The translations under genes and the position numbers were made by a program. A model generated the notes under the pieces. That model saw only the letters and a program-made list of their open reading frames with translations. It ran no database searches and was not told the DNA's origin. 64,000 nucleotides of DNA from NCBI GenBank assembly GCA_965116495.1, contig OZ220696.1, forward strand, positions 608,001 to 672,000. Reading direction: 5' to 3'. The stretch comes from Gammaproteobacteria bacterium. GTDB taxonomy: Bacteria > Pseudomonadota > Gammaproteobacteria > Eutrophobiales > Eutrophobiaceae. Below are positions 51,844-61,874 of this stretch, piece after piece. The stretch's first letter is position 1; the number at the start of each line of letters is the position of its first letter.

Positions 51844-53409
51844 TTACGAAGATAGGATTGGGGGATGCGTATTCAGGTTCCAGCGACTCGCCTGTTCGTG
51901 CGCGTATGCCATTTGCAGGGTCGCAAAATCTGCGTAGCGTTTGCCGATAACCTGTAGTCCCATCGGCAGCCCCCTGCTGCTGAACCCTGCCGGCACATTA
52001 ACGACCGGGCAACCGGACAATGTGCCGGGAATGACAATTTCCATCCAGCGATGATAGGTATCCATACTACGGCCGGCAATTTGCGTCGGCCAGTGGATCT
52101 CCGCATCAAAAGGGAACACCTGCGCAGTCGGCAAGACCAGGAAGTCGAATTGGGCAAACGCTTGTCGTAAGGCGCCATACCAAAGTCCCCTGGCTCTCGA
52201 GGCTGCTGCAACCTGGTCACCTGAAATAGTCTCTCCAGCTTCGATTTCCCAGATTAATTCCGGTTTCAACTGCGCACGTGTCTGCGGGTTTTGATATAAA
52301 GGCAATGCCCTGGCACGCACCAGCCAATGGCGAAAAGTCAGCCAGGTTTGCCACAATAGTTCCATGGAATAATCCAGTGTTACCTGTTCAACAATACAGC
52401 CATTGTCACGAAAGCCCTGCAGTGCTGTTTCACAAAGGGAAAGTATGCCGTCTTCCATTGGCAGGTAGCCATTGAAATCACCTAGCCAACCTATTCTTAC
52501 ATCCCTGAAATCCTTCGCCAGAGGCCGGCTGAACTGTGCCGGATCAAGCTTCAGTGATGTTGGAGACCCGGGGTGATAACCGGCCATGGTCGATAACAAC
52601 ATGGCGGTGTCCCGTACATTTCTGCCCATGGGGCCATTACAGGGTAATTCTTCAATAAAGGATTCGCTCAAAGGCACCAGGCCCGGCGTGGGCCGATAGC
52701 CGATGACATTATTAAAGGCAGCGGGATTACGTAATGAGCCCATTAAATCACTGCCGTCCGCGACCGGCAACATCTGTAAAGCCAATGCGGCTGCGGCGCC
52801 ACCACTGCTGCCGCCGGCTGAACTGCGCCCATCATAAGCATTGACAGTGGCGCCGAAAACGGGATTGTATGTGTGCGAACCAAGGCCGAATTCCGGCACG
52901 TTGGTTTTACCGATGATGATGGCGCCGGCGTCTTTAATGCGTGCTACATGGATTGAATCCTCTGCGGCAATATTGTCCCTGAATATCGGTGAACCCCGGG
53001 TGGTTTTCAGTCCTTCGGCATCCGCGAGATCCTTTATCGCTATTGGAAATCCATGCATCCAGCCCCTGTTGGTTCCCTGTGCCAGTTCCCGGTCGTATTG
53101 GGTCGCCTGCAGCATTAAAGAATCAGGGTCCTGCAGAGACACGATAGCGTTAAAGACAGGATTGATGTTCTCGATATGAGCCAGGTAGGCTGACATCACT
53201 TCTTTACAGGAAAGCGCCCTTGTGCCGATTGCCTGGGAGAGTTCCAGCGCAGTCAAACTCACGATACCGGTTTTATCGACAGGACCCGCACGGAGCAAAG
53301 GACCGGGTAAACCTGTTAATAGCGCGGCAGATGCAAGACCTGAACCTGCCCGCTGGAGAAAGTCACGGCGAGACAGCCCGGATCGGTTGTGCTTATTGCT
53401 GTTATTCAC
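51844..53409 (-). CDS. Amidase signature family enzyme, Tat-exported
   Basis: LSRRDFLQ Tat motif; PIAIKDL, GGSSGG, DGSDLMGSLRNPA. Confidence 0.92.
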   Translation of the reverse strand: MNNSNKHNRSGLSRRDFLQRAGSGLASAALLTGLPGPLLRAGPVDKTGIVSLTALELSQAIGTRALSCKEVMSAYLAHIENINPVFNAIVSLQDPDSLMLQATQYDRELAQGTNRGWMHGFPIAIKDLADAEGLKTTRGSPIFRDNIAAEDSIHVARIKDAGAIIIGKTNVPEFGLGSHTYNPVFGATVNAYDGRSSAGGSSGGAAAALALQMLPVADGSDLMGSLRNPAAFNNVIGYRPTPGLVPLSESFIEELPCNGPMGRNVRDTAMLLSTMAGYHPGSPTSLKLDPAQFSRPLAKDFRDVRIGWLGDFNGYLPMEDGILSLCETALQGFRDNGCIVEQVTLDYSMELLWQTWLTFRHWLVRARALPLYQNPQTRAQLKPELIWEIEAGETISGDQVAAASRARGLWYGALRQAFAQFDFLVLPTAQVFPFDAEIHWPTQIAGRSMDTYHRWMEIVIPGTLSGCPVVNVPAGFSSRGLPMGLQVIGKRYADFATLQMAYAHEQASRWNLNTHPPILSS

Positions 53410-53488
53410 GATCTTGCGCCCATAGGGTTACGTCCATAGATTTTGAAAACAGTGTTTTCCTGCATTGTTGATTTTCAGGATATTTGTA

Positions 53489-55273
53489 CTACCTGTTCCA
53501 GGGTGCCGCTATAATGGTCTGAGGTTTTTGATAGACAAGTTTGCCTTCAAAGAAGGTCATTTCGACGCTGGTATCGCTAATTTGCTCTGCAGGTATCTCA
53601 AACAGGTTGTGATTGAGCACAATAAAATCTGCCAGCTTCCCAACCGCCAGTGAACCTGTTTTGTTATCGATTTTCAATGCCCTGGCGCCTCCCAGCGTGA
53701 AAATTTCAATCGTTTCCTCCAGGCTGATGGCCTGTTCCGGCCAGATCGTTCCCACGTGACGGTGTAAGGGGTCGGCACGCGTGATAAGCGCTTCAAAGCC
53801 TGTCCAGGGGTTCATGTCCGGAACTGCAGAAGGCCAGTCGGAACCTGCCACTATGATGGCTCCATTATCCAGTAAATCGCGCGCAGGCCAACCTAGCGTA
53901 GCACGTTCTCCCACAGCCCCAACAATAGAGTCAACTATCGGGGAGGGAAACCAGATATAAGGTGATAAATCAGCCACTACATTCAATTTGGCAAAACGTG
54001 GAATGTCTGCGGGATCGATATATTCAGCATGGGCTAACTCATGACGTAGACCGCTGTCTCCATTTGTTTCTCTTGCAGCCTCAATCGCATCAAGGGCTAC
54101 CCGTATTGCACGATCACCAGCGGCATGGATCTTCACCGTAAAACCTGCACGATCAAGTTCGGTTACCGCCTCGGTCAGTTTCTCAGGACTCAGGTGTAAT
54201 GAACCGTAGTTATCGTCTGCACCCTCGTATTCCGGTAAGTAAGGGGCCAGCATGGCTGCAGTCCTGGAAACGGTGGGGACGCCATCAAGGAATATCTTTA
54301 CAAAATTTGTCAATAAGTGTGTGGATTTGTATTGCTCTCTCAGCGAAACGAAGTTATCGATATTTAACGCGTTTTTGTTATCTCCAACTGCCTCGTACAA
54401 GCAGGTTGCGACATGTGCACTCAGCTCATTCGCTTGCTCAAGATTATAAAACCCCGCTACTTCGGCCGCGCTGGCGCTGGCATCCTTAAACCCGGTGATA
54501 CCCATCTCATTCGCGTGATTGACCGCATATTTTGCCCCGGCCTGGTAACTTGCCATATCCCACTCCGGTACAATTTTGTTCATGACGGTAAATGCTTCAA
54601 CCAACAAACCATTAGGTTGACTGCTTCCGGATTCACGCTCGAATTTACCGCCGGGTGGGTCTTCACTCTCACTATTTATGCCGGCCAACTCCAGCGCCTT
54701 AGAATTTACCCACATGTTGTGTCCGGAATCATCACGTAATATGACAGCTTTGTCACCTGACCATTTATCCAACCATTGTCTGGGGGAGCCAAGGTCATTA
54801 TTGACAAAAAAATCACTTGTCCATTGTCCGCCCTGTATCCACTCAGCGTCCGGCTGCTCATCGACACATTTGCTGACTGTTGCAGCAATTTCATCAGGCG
54901 TTGCTGTGAAAGGGAAATTACATTGGAAGAGGGTCTTGACCCCTCCCCATGCCGGGTGTACATGGGCATCGATAATACCCGGCATAACAAATTGACCTCC
55001 CAGATCGTACACACGCGTCTGTGCACCACGCAGTAAAGTTATTTCAGCAGTAGTTCCCAGCCTGCTTACTTTGCCGTTGCGTATGGCGAGGGCATCCACC
55101 CATCGGTCGTCATCCGTTTGAGTGTAAATCCTGCCGTTGATAACAATGGTATCGGCGCTATGGTTTTGTGGTATCTCTGCGGGTTCTTGACTGTTGCAGC
55201 CTGCCATTATAAACAGGACAACGCACAAAACTGAAAAGTGAAACCCGGATTTTCTGTTCACGTCGATAGACAT
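53489..55273 (-). CDS. YtcJ-like amidohydrolase, lipoprotein
   Basis: MAGC lipobox; PGIIDAHVH, KIFLDG, HAAGD, GSDWP. Confidence 0.9.
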   Translation of the reverse strand: MSIDVNRKSGFHFSVLCVVLFIMAGCNSQEPAEIPQNHSADTIVINGRIYTQTDDDRWVDALAIRNGKVSRLGTTAEITLLRGAQTRVYDLGGQFVMPGIIDAHVHPAWGGVKTLFQCNFPFTATPDEIAATVSKCVDEQPDAEWIQGGQWTSDFFVNNDLGSPRQWLDKWSGDKAVILRDDSGHNMWVNSKALELAGINSESEDPPGGKFERESGSSQPNGLLVEAFTVMNKIVPEWDMASYQAGAKYAVNHANEMGITGFKDASASAAEVAGFYNLEQANELSAHVATCLYEAVGDNKNALNIDNFVSLREQYKSTHLLTNFVKIFLDGVPTVSRTAAMLAPYLPEYEGADDNYGSLHLSPEKLTEAVTELDRAGFTVKIHAAGDRAIRVALDAIEAARETNGDSGLRHELAHAEYIDPADIPRFAKLNVVADLSPYIWFPSPIVDSIVGAVGERATLGWPARDLLDNGAIIVAGSDWPSAVPDMNPWTGFEALITRADPLHRHVGTIWPEQAISLEETIEIFTLGGARALKIDNKTGSLAVGKLADFIVLNHNLFEIPAEQISDTSVEMTFFEGKLVYQKPQTIIAAPWNR

Positions 55274-55381
55274 CGCAAATTATAGAATAAGATTTCCATC
55301 TTTTACAAAATATGATACATTATTTTCATTTAGGCAGCCAATCTGCCCAACACACTTGAAGTTCTCCGGAGAGTTGTAATT

Positions 55382-57793
55382 ATGATAAGAAAATTCAGCG
55401 CCTTAGGCGTGATATTAGGGATGTTTATTCCAGGCTTGGCGATAGGGCAGGCCATAGAAGAGGTTGTCGTCACCGCACAAAAACGAGAGCAAAGTGTAAA
55501 CGACATTCCCATAGCCATCAGTGTGTTTGCCGGAGCGGAACTCAAAGAGCGTGGCCTTGTGAGTGCGGAAGACATTGCGCTGATGACACCCGGTCTGACC
55601 GTTAATGCAACCGCAGCGACCGGCGTTCCCAATTACACTATCCGGGGAGTGGGCTTTCAAAATCCGTACACGGCCTCCTCCTCAACAGTTGGCCTGTACT
55701 TCGATGAAGTCTCAATACCCTACACCGTAATGAGTCGTGGTTTGCTGTTCGATATCGAGCGGGTCGAGGTGCTCAAAGGCCCGCAAGGCGATTTGTACGG
55801 TCGTAACACCACTGCGGGGCAGATGAACTTCGTCAGTAACAAACCGACCGACGAATTCCAGGCCGGGGTCACAGTCGGGTACGCCAGCTACAACAGGGTG
55901 GACGCGGAAGGGTTTGTAAGCGGCAGCCTCGGTGAATCGATTCGAGGCCGTGTCGCTGCACGTACTGTCCAGTCCTCTGACGGTTGGCAGGAGAGCCTGA
56001 GCCGTCCCGGCGATGAACTCGGAGAGCTAGATACTACGGCGGTACGCGCTTTATTCGATATTGATCTTGGAGAACGCGCCAATTTGCTGCTCAATGTTCA
56101 CCATGTCGATGATCAATCCGACAATCGGGCAAACACAGCTTACGGCGTCGCGGATGGGGGTGTCTATCTTGGACTGGAGGATTATGTTTTACCCGGAGGG
56201 GCGAATTTCGGTGAACCGATTCCCTGGTATAACATCGGCGATAATGAAGCTGCCGACTGGACCAATAGTTACACCAATCCAATCACCGGGACGACCTGGG
56301 ATCTGCGGCCAAAACGTGACAACCAGACGACCGGTGTATCAGCGAAGGTAAACCTGGATTTAACCGATAGTATTACTGTCACGTCGATTACCGCATACGA
56401 TCAGTTCGATCGCGTCGAGGCTGCGGATTGGGACGGTGTTCCCTCCAATGATTCAAGTAATATCAACACAACTGACCTTTCGGTTTTTTCGCAGGAACTG
56501 CGATTTTCGGGCGGTGACGACAATCTGAACTGGATAGCCGGCGCCTACTACTCGAAAGATGATATGGACGAGTATTACCATTACTTCATGTCCGGCTCCC
56601 GTTTCGGCTCAGGTTCAATTCCGTTTGGTGTATTGCCGTTCGCGATCAGTCCGATTCATGAACTCGATACGATTTACACACAGGAAACTGAATCGATCGC
56701 CGGTTTCGGCCACGTCGAATGGCGCTTTGCAGATGCCTGGCGCCTGACCCTGGGCGGCCGCTACACCGATGAAAAGAGACGCTGGTCCGGCTGTACATAT
56801 TCCGCCTCCGACAACAGTCTCGGGGCACTGTGGAATATTCTGTTCGGCGCATCGCTGCAGGCAGGAGATTGCGGCACGATTGATGATGATCCGGATTCAC
56901 CCACCAATATTCTGGCCATGCTTATTGCTGGCACGCCCAGCTTGGGGTTCCAACCGCTGACGCGCACGATCAAAACAGGTCGAGCGATGGGTAGAGCCTC
57001 CATTGATTACCAGTTTAATGACGATGTTCTGCTCTACTTCACCGTCGCAAACGGTTTCAAATCAGGTGGTTTTAACGGTGCCAACTCGAACAGCACACGC
57101 CAACTTGAACCAATACGGCCGGAGAAACTGACCTCCTTCGAGGGTGGATTCAAGGCGACCTTGCTCGAAGGCAGCTTGCAGTTCAATGCTTCCGGATTTT
57201 ACTACGACTACAAAGACAAGCAGGAAAGCGAGACTGCTATCACCTTTGTTGGTCCTATTGGCGGTCTTGGCAATGTTGATCAATCCGAGGTTATCGGTGC
57301 GGAGGTTGATTTGCGTTGGGTTCCGGCCGACACCTGGGATCTTCGGTTTACCGCTGCATGGCTTGATACCAAAATCAAGGAGTGGGAGACTCCCGACCGC
57401 GCCCTCAGTGCCTGGCCTGAACCACTGGTATTGATGGATAACTCGGGGAAAGAATTACCTCAGGCACCTGAACTTCAGACCAGCGCGCTGGTCGCAAAGG
57501 AATGGCATTTTGGCAATTGGGTACTGGACGCGGCGATAGACTATAGCTGGTCGGCCAGTACGTCGGGTGGTGAGAGCCCGGTCGATGCGACGAAATCATA
57601 CGGCGTTGGAAATGGGAGACTGGGTTTTGGTTCAGCTGACGGCCGCTGGCGCGCGCTTGTCTGGGTTCGCAATTTTACCGACAAATATTACTTCCCGAGC
57701 GCGTACCAGGGTGGGAACGCGACCTTGATACGTGCACCCGGGATGCCGCGTACCGCGGGAGTTTCAATCAGCTACAATTTTGGTGCCTATTAG
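55382..57793 (+). CDS. TonB-dependent receptor (paralog of 47002-49431)
   Basis: IEEVVVTAQKR, LKGPQGDLYGRNTTAG; shares the distinctive NxYTxxITGTTxDxRPxRDN and DCGTIDDDPxSP segments. Confidence 0.94.
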   Translation: MIRKFSALGVILGMFIPGLAIGQAIEEVVVTAQKREQSVNDIPIAISVFAGAELKERGLVSAEDIALMTPGLTVNATAATGVPNYTIRGVGFQNPYTASSSTVGLYFDEVSIPYTVMSRGLLFDIERVEVLKGPQGDLYGRNTTAGQMNFVSNKPTDEFQAGVTVGYASYNRVDAEGFVSGSLGESIRGRVAARTVQSSDGWQESLSRPGDELGELDTTAVRALFDIDLGERANLLLNVHHVDDQSDNRANTAYGVADGGVYLGLEDYVLPGGANFGEPIPWYNIGDNEAADWTNSYTNPITGTTWDLRPKRDNQTTGVSAKVNLDLTDSITVTSITAYDQFDRVEAADWDGVPSNDSSNINTTDLSVFSQELRFSGGDDNLNWIAGAYYSKDDMDEYYHYFMSGSRFGSGSIPFGVLPFAISPIHELDTIYTQETESIAGFGHVEWRFADAWRLTLGGRYTDEKRRWSGCTYSASDNSLGALWNILFGASLQAGDCGTIDDDPDSPTNILAMLIAGTPSLGFQPLTRTIKTGRAMGRASIDYQFNDDVLLYFTVANGFKSGGFNGANSNSTRQLEPIRPEKLTSFEGGFKATLLEGSLQFNASGFYYDYKDKQESETAITFVGPIGGLGNVDQSEVIGAEVDLRWVPADTWDLRFTAAWLDTKIKEWETPDRALSAWPEPLVLMDNSGKELPQAPELQTSALVAKEWHFGNWVLDAAIDYSWSASTSGGESPVDATKSYGVGNGRLGFGSADGRWRALVWVRNFTDKYYFPSAYQGGNATLIRAPGMPRTAGVSISYNFGAY

Positions 57794-57819
57794 CCTCAAG
57801 TAGCAAGCTGTCTAACTGG

Positions 57820-57852
57820 AAGCGGCGCACATTTCGTGCGCCGTTTTCTTTT
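57820..57852 (+). terminator. Intrinsic terminator
   Basis: GCGGCGCAC-ATTTC-GTGCGCCGT followed by TTTCTTTT. Confidence 0.8.
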
Positions 57853-57878
57853 GTTTAGGCGAGAGAGATATGGAACGC

Positions 57879-59501
57879 CTATTGAGCGAGCAAGATATAG
57901 CACATGATTGTCAATATCGTTATCGTGATGCCCATGTGTCTGGCGTAGGCCCAGGGCGTGAGATCGATGTTGCAGGCTGGTGTGTCACGCTTCGGCATTT
58001 CGGCGGGCTTGAAATAACTGATGAGGAGCATCAGAGCAGTCGTTAATACGAACACAATGGCAAGAAAGTGTAGAAAATGGATATCATCCTGCAACTGGAA
58101 CGTTGATTTCAGGTACAACTGGACCTGGTCGCCTAAAGCGAAAACCAGCACATAAAATAGAACAGGCCCTAAGATAAGCCCGCATTTTGCGGCCGTTGCA
58201 GTTGTGTTCCTGGTGAGGAAACCAAGCATGATAACGGCCAGTACCGGGCCAAAAAAAGTCGCGTTAATCTTCTGCATGTAATTAAAAAGACTGCCGCTAG
58301 TGTCGATCAAGGGAGCGGCGATCATGGCTGCGACAGCCAGAACGATGCTGCACAAACGTCCAGATAAGACCACCTGTCTTCCGCTTGCCTCCTTGTTAAT
58401 TAGTGTTCGATAAACACCCTCACTGAAAAGAGCGGCAGAACTGTTAAGTACACTGTTAAATGTACTCAGCACGGCGCCGACCATAACGGCCGCAAAAAAA
58501 CCAACCAGGACCGGCGGCAATACTGTGGTCACCAGCGTCGGGTATGCCAGTAAATAGTCTTCCGGCGCCAGAGAATCCTTGAACATGTGATAGGCAATGA
58601 TGCCGGGCAAAACGATGATGAAAGGACCGAGCAGTTTGAAACCTGCTGCGATAAAGATTCCCTTTTGCCCCTCAGACAAGGACTTTGCGCCGAGTGTGCG
58701 TTGCATGATCGATTGATTCGTACACCAGAAAAAGATCTGGTTCACAATCAGGCCGGTAAACAAAACGCCGAACGGCAGGAAAGAACCGGGTTCGTCACCC
58801 GTGATGTCGAACTTGGGGCGTTCATCCGCATACACTTCGACCAGCCCGGTCCAGGGGTTGCCGTCACCAATCATTTGCAGGGCCAGCACCGGTATCAACA
58901 AACCGGCAATCAGGAAGCCAATGCCGTTTATCGTGTCTGATATTGCGACGGCCCTGAGGCCACCCAGAATAGCATACAAGGAACCGAGAGTTCCGACGCT
59001 CCATACAATCAGCCAGTTTGCATGTAGTTTACTTATGCCAAAAGCTTCTGAAACATTGAACAGGCTCTCTATTCCTGTTGCTCCAAACAACAACACAGCC
59101 GGCAGAATCGCGACAACATAGGAAAACAGGAACAACATGGTTGCGATAATGCGCGTGTGCGAATCATAACGATCCGCCAGGTATTGCGGAATAGTGGTCA
59201 AGCCGTGTTTAAGGTAACGGGGCAGAAAGTAAAGTGCAGCCACAACCATTGCCAGCGCGGCGGTGGTCTCCCAGGCCATAACCGCAATTGTGTGGCGGAA
59301 CGCATCACCGTTTAAACCGATAAGATGCTCGGTCGATAGATTTGTCAGCATGAGCGAACCGGCGATCCACCATGCAGTCAACCGGCGGCCACCGAGAAAA
59401 TAATCTTCGGAAGACCTCATATGATCTTTGCGCGTCATCCAATAGGCGACAAACGCGACAACGGCGGTGAAAACTACGAAGGAACTTATGGTTGAGAACA
59501 C
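57879..59501 (-). CDS. Sodium:solute symporter (YidK-like, probably inositol/sugar)
   Basis: DYFLGGR, SLMLTNLSTEHLIGLNG, FWCTNQSIMQRTLGAK. Confidence 0.9.
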   Translation of the reverse strand: MFSTISSFVVFTAVVAFVAYWMTRKDHMRSSEDYFLGGRRLTAWWIAGSLMLTNLSTEHLIGLNGDAFRHTIAVMAWETTAALAMVVAALYFLPRYLKHGLTTIPQYLADRYDSHTRIIATMLFLFSYVVAILPAVLLFGATGIESLFNVSEAFGISKLHANWLIVWSVGTLGSLYAILGGLRAVAISDTINGIGFLIAGLLIPVLALQMIGDGNPWTGLVEVYADERPKFDITGDEPGSFLPFGVLFTGLIVNQIFFWCTNQSIMQRTLGAKSLSEGQKGIFIAAGFKLLGPFIIVLPGIIAYHMFKDSLAPEDYLLAYPTLVTTVLPPVLVGFFAAVMVGAVLSTFNSVLNSSAALFSEGVYRTLINKEASGRQVVLSGRLCSIVLAVAAMIAAPLIDTSGSLFNYMQKINATFFGPVLAVIMLGFLTRNTTATAAKCGLILGPVLFYVLVFALGDQVQLYLKSTFQLQDDIHFLHFLAIVFVLTTALMLLISYFKPAEMPKRDTPACNIDLTPWAYARHMGITITILTIMCYILLAQ

Positions 59502-61003
59502 TACTTTCGAAGTACCTGGATGTGACTCCCGTCGGCACGCTTATGGATCAGGTTCTGTGGGGCGATACCTTTTTCCACCCACTCGATGAGCGCGGAGATC
59601 CAGTCAACAGCAGGGTAGGAGCCGTCACTGTGTTTGGCGCCGGGTATGATGAAGAAGTTTGCGTTATCTGCGACATTGATATTACTTCCCTTTGCAATTG
59701 CTGCCGCCGTTTCCAGCATCTGTGTGAACATACGCTCATGATCTTTTGCCGGGTGCAGGTTGTCGATGCCGCCATGCCAGCTGATCAGTTTCTTTCCTGA
59801 GGCAACATATTGAGCGATGGCGATCATGTCGTGTCCGGCGCCGGCCCTTCGCATTCCGGCGATGATCATGTACTGGTCCCGATTGGCGTCGAAGGCTGCC
59901 AGCCTTTCGGGTGTCAACCACGCTGCATCACCGGTTGCAATCAGTCCACTGATGCCGGCGTAGGCGGGGAAGTATTGGGCGAAATCGCTGAAATCAGTCC
60001 AGGGAAAAGCAGATGAAATAACATTGCCATCGGCATCGACAATGTCTGACAGAAGCATTTCCAGCGTGTCAACCTGAGCAGTTGAGAGGCACTGTTCCGA
60101 TGGGGTTGTTTCGCAGGCCAGTGACTGTGGAGAAAAATCACACTCGTAAGGATTCATCATGATTCCGTCCAGTGTGCCGTCGTTACCATCACAGTGAGAC
60201 AACGCTGCCTGATAGGCGTATTTGTATTGTTTGTCAGATGGTACGGCAGCGGTTCCCGCAATGCTGCCGATCCTGGCCCAGGCAATAGCGGTGCCCGAAA
60301 TATTCATGGTCTCCTTACCGGCAATGATTCCATCAAAATGTTGGGGCCAGCGTTCCGCAACGATGTAAGCATGGCGCCCGCCGTTTGAACTGCCGTTGAA
60401 ATATCCATAGTCCGGTAATCGGCCATACAATTTTGTTGTCAAACCATGGGCGAAATCGAGCGTTTCCTGAAGAGCCAAATAAGAAAAATCCCTGAATGAC
60501 GCCTTTGCCTCGGTTCCGTCACCTAGCCACACCTCCGGTCCAGCCTGACCCGGTGTGTCCATGCGATGACCACCATTGGAAGCGGCATAGACTGCATCGT
60601 AGTCAGTCACAACGGGGTGTAATGTAATCGCTTTGTCAGCTCCGTTGCGGCCGATGGCTGATGATATCCTGCCATCTATGCCGCTGCCACCTTGCTGCAG
60701 GTAGCGACCCGACCACCTGGCTGGCAGCACGACTTCAATATCCAGAAAGGGCGGCCGATGACCGGTCACTCTACACACCTCGTGCGATCCATTTGCATCA
60801 ATTCGCAGCCATTCAGTACCAGTGACCGCTATGCCACGGATATTTTCTCCTGACAGTTGCCGGCAGTTTTCATCATCGGCTTGCGGGTAGACCCGGGTGG
60901 AGGCAAGCAGAAAAACAGCTGTGACCAGGAGCAATGAAGATAAACCGGTTATCCTCACACTGCTGTGCCGCTCAAATCCCAGCGATTTTTTGAGTTCGTT
61001 CAT
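59501..61003 (-). CDS. Tannase/feruloyl esterase family alpha/beta hydrolase, exported
   Basis: WSGRYLQQGGSG, YFNGSSNGGR, FDGIIAG, CDGNDGTLDG, WHGGID, WVEKGIAP. Confidence 0.85.
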   Translation of the reverse strand: MNELKKSLGFERHSSVRITGLSSLLLVTAVFLLASTRVYPQADDENCRQLSGENIRGIAVTGTEWLRIDANGSHEVCRVTGHRPPFLDIEVVLPARWSGRYLQQGGSGIDGRISSAIGRNGADKAITLHPVVTDYDAVYAASNGGHRMDTPGQAGPEVWLGDGTEAKASFRDFSYLALQETLDFAHGLTTKLYGRLPDYGYFNGSSNGGRHAYIVAERWPQHFDGIIAGKETMNISGTAIAWARIGSIAGTAAVPSDKQYKYAYQAALSHCDGNDGTLDGIMMNPYECDFSPQSLACETTPSEQCLSTAQVDTLEMLLSDIVDADGNVISSAFPWTDFSDFAQYFPAYAGISGLIATGDAAWLTPERLAAFDANRDQYMIIAGMRRAGAGHDMIAIAQYVASGKKLISWHGGIDNLHPAKDHERMFTQMLETAAAIAKGSNINVADNANFFIIPGAKHSDGSYPAVDWISALIEWVEKGIAPQNLIHKRADGSHIQVLRK

Positions 61004-61865
61004 TGTCGTTTCCTGAGGTCTGGTAGCGGTAGTCTGACGGAGCCAATAGTCTCATGATTGAGTCCACGCAGGATTCCAGGTCCGGCATGATACGGTTAAA
61101 GAAAAAAAGGCGATCGAATTCATTGGGATACTCCTGCATAAGCCGGCGCAGGCTTTCACCGAATGTCATACGCAAAGAGGTGCCAACGTTGCATTTTGCG
61201 ATTCTGGTGAGTGCCAGCTTACGCAAATCGTCGTCTCTGACACCCGTCACACCATGGAGCACGAGGGGTTGTTTCACGACCTGTGCGATTGCCTCGAGAC
61301 GGTCGAAATAAATATCACAGCCTGGTTTTTCCAGTCTGTGCACGTTGCCGATTGACACCGCAACGGCATCTACACCACTGTCACGGGAGAATATCAGCGC
61401 CTCCTCCGGATCAGTCAGTTCATGACGAATGTGGCTGTTGCCCGTGTGATATGAGACGGACCCGATCTCCCCCTCGATACTGATGCCATTCGCATGCGCC
61501 AGTTCGACAACTTTCCTTGTATGGGCAATGTTTTCCGCAAGTGGCAACTGAGAACCATCGAACATCACCGACGCAAATCCAGAGTCGATCGCCTGACGAA
61601 TGATTTGTTCGTCCATACAATGATCCAGGTGTACGCACACAGGAACTGAGGCGGTCTCCGCGATTTTGTTGAGGAGCGCGCCGATCAGGGATACGTGCAT
61701 GTACTCAACAAAATTTTTGTTTGCAGCGAGGATCACCGGCAATCCAAGCTTTTCAGCGACGTTGGTCACGGCGCGGGCGTCTTCGTAGCCGAATACATTG
61801 AAGCAGGGAACGGCGTAGTCGGACGCGGCAGCCCGCGGAAGTAAATCGTTGAGATTTGCACGCAT
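60972..61865 (-). CDS. iolJ: Class II aldolase (IolJ-like)
   Basis: VHLDH, SVMFDGS, EGEIG, AVSIGNVH, PLVLHG; iol operon context. Confidence 0.8.
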   Translation of the reverse strand: MRANLNDLLPRAAASDYAVPCFNVFGYEDARAVTNVAEKLGLPVILAANKNFVEYMHVSLIGALLNKIAETASVPVCVHLDHCMDEQIIRQAIDSGFASVMFDGSQLPLAENIAHTRKVVELAHANGISIEGEIGSVSYHTGNSHIRHELTDPEEALIFSRDSGVDAVAVSIGNVHRLEKPGCDIYFDRLEAIAQVVKQPLVLHGVTGVRDDDLRKLALTRIAKCNVGTSLRMTFGESLRRLMQEYPNEFDRLFFFNRIMPDLESCVDSIMRLLAPSDYRYQTSGNDNERTQKIAGI

Positions 61866-61874
61866 GGGTATCGG

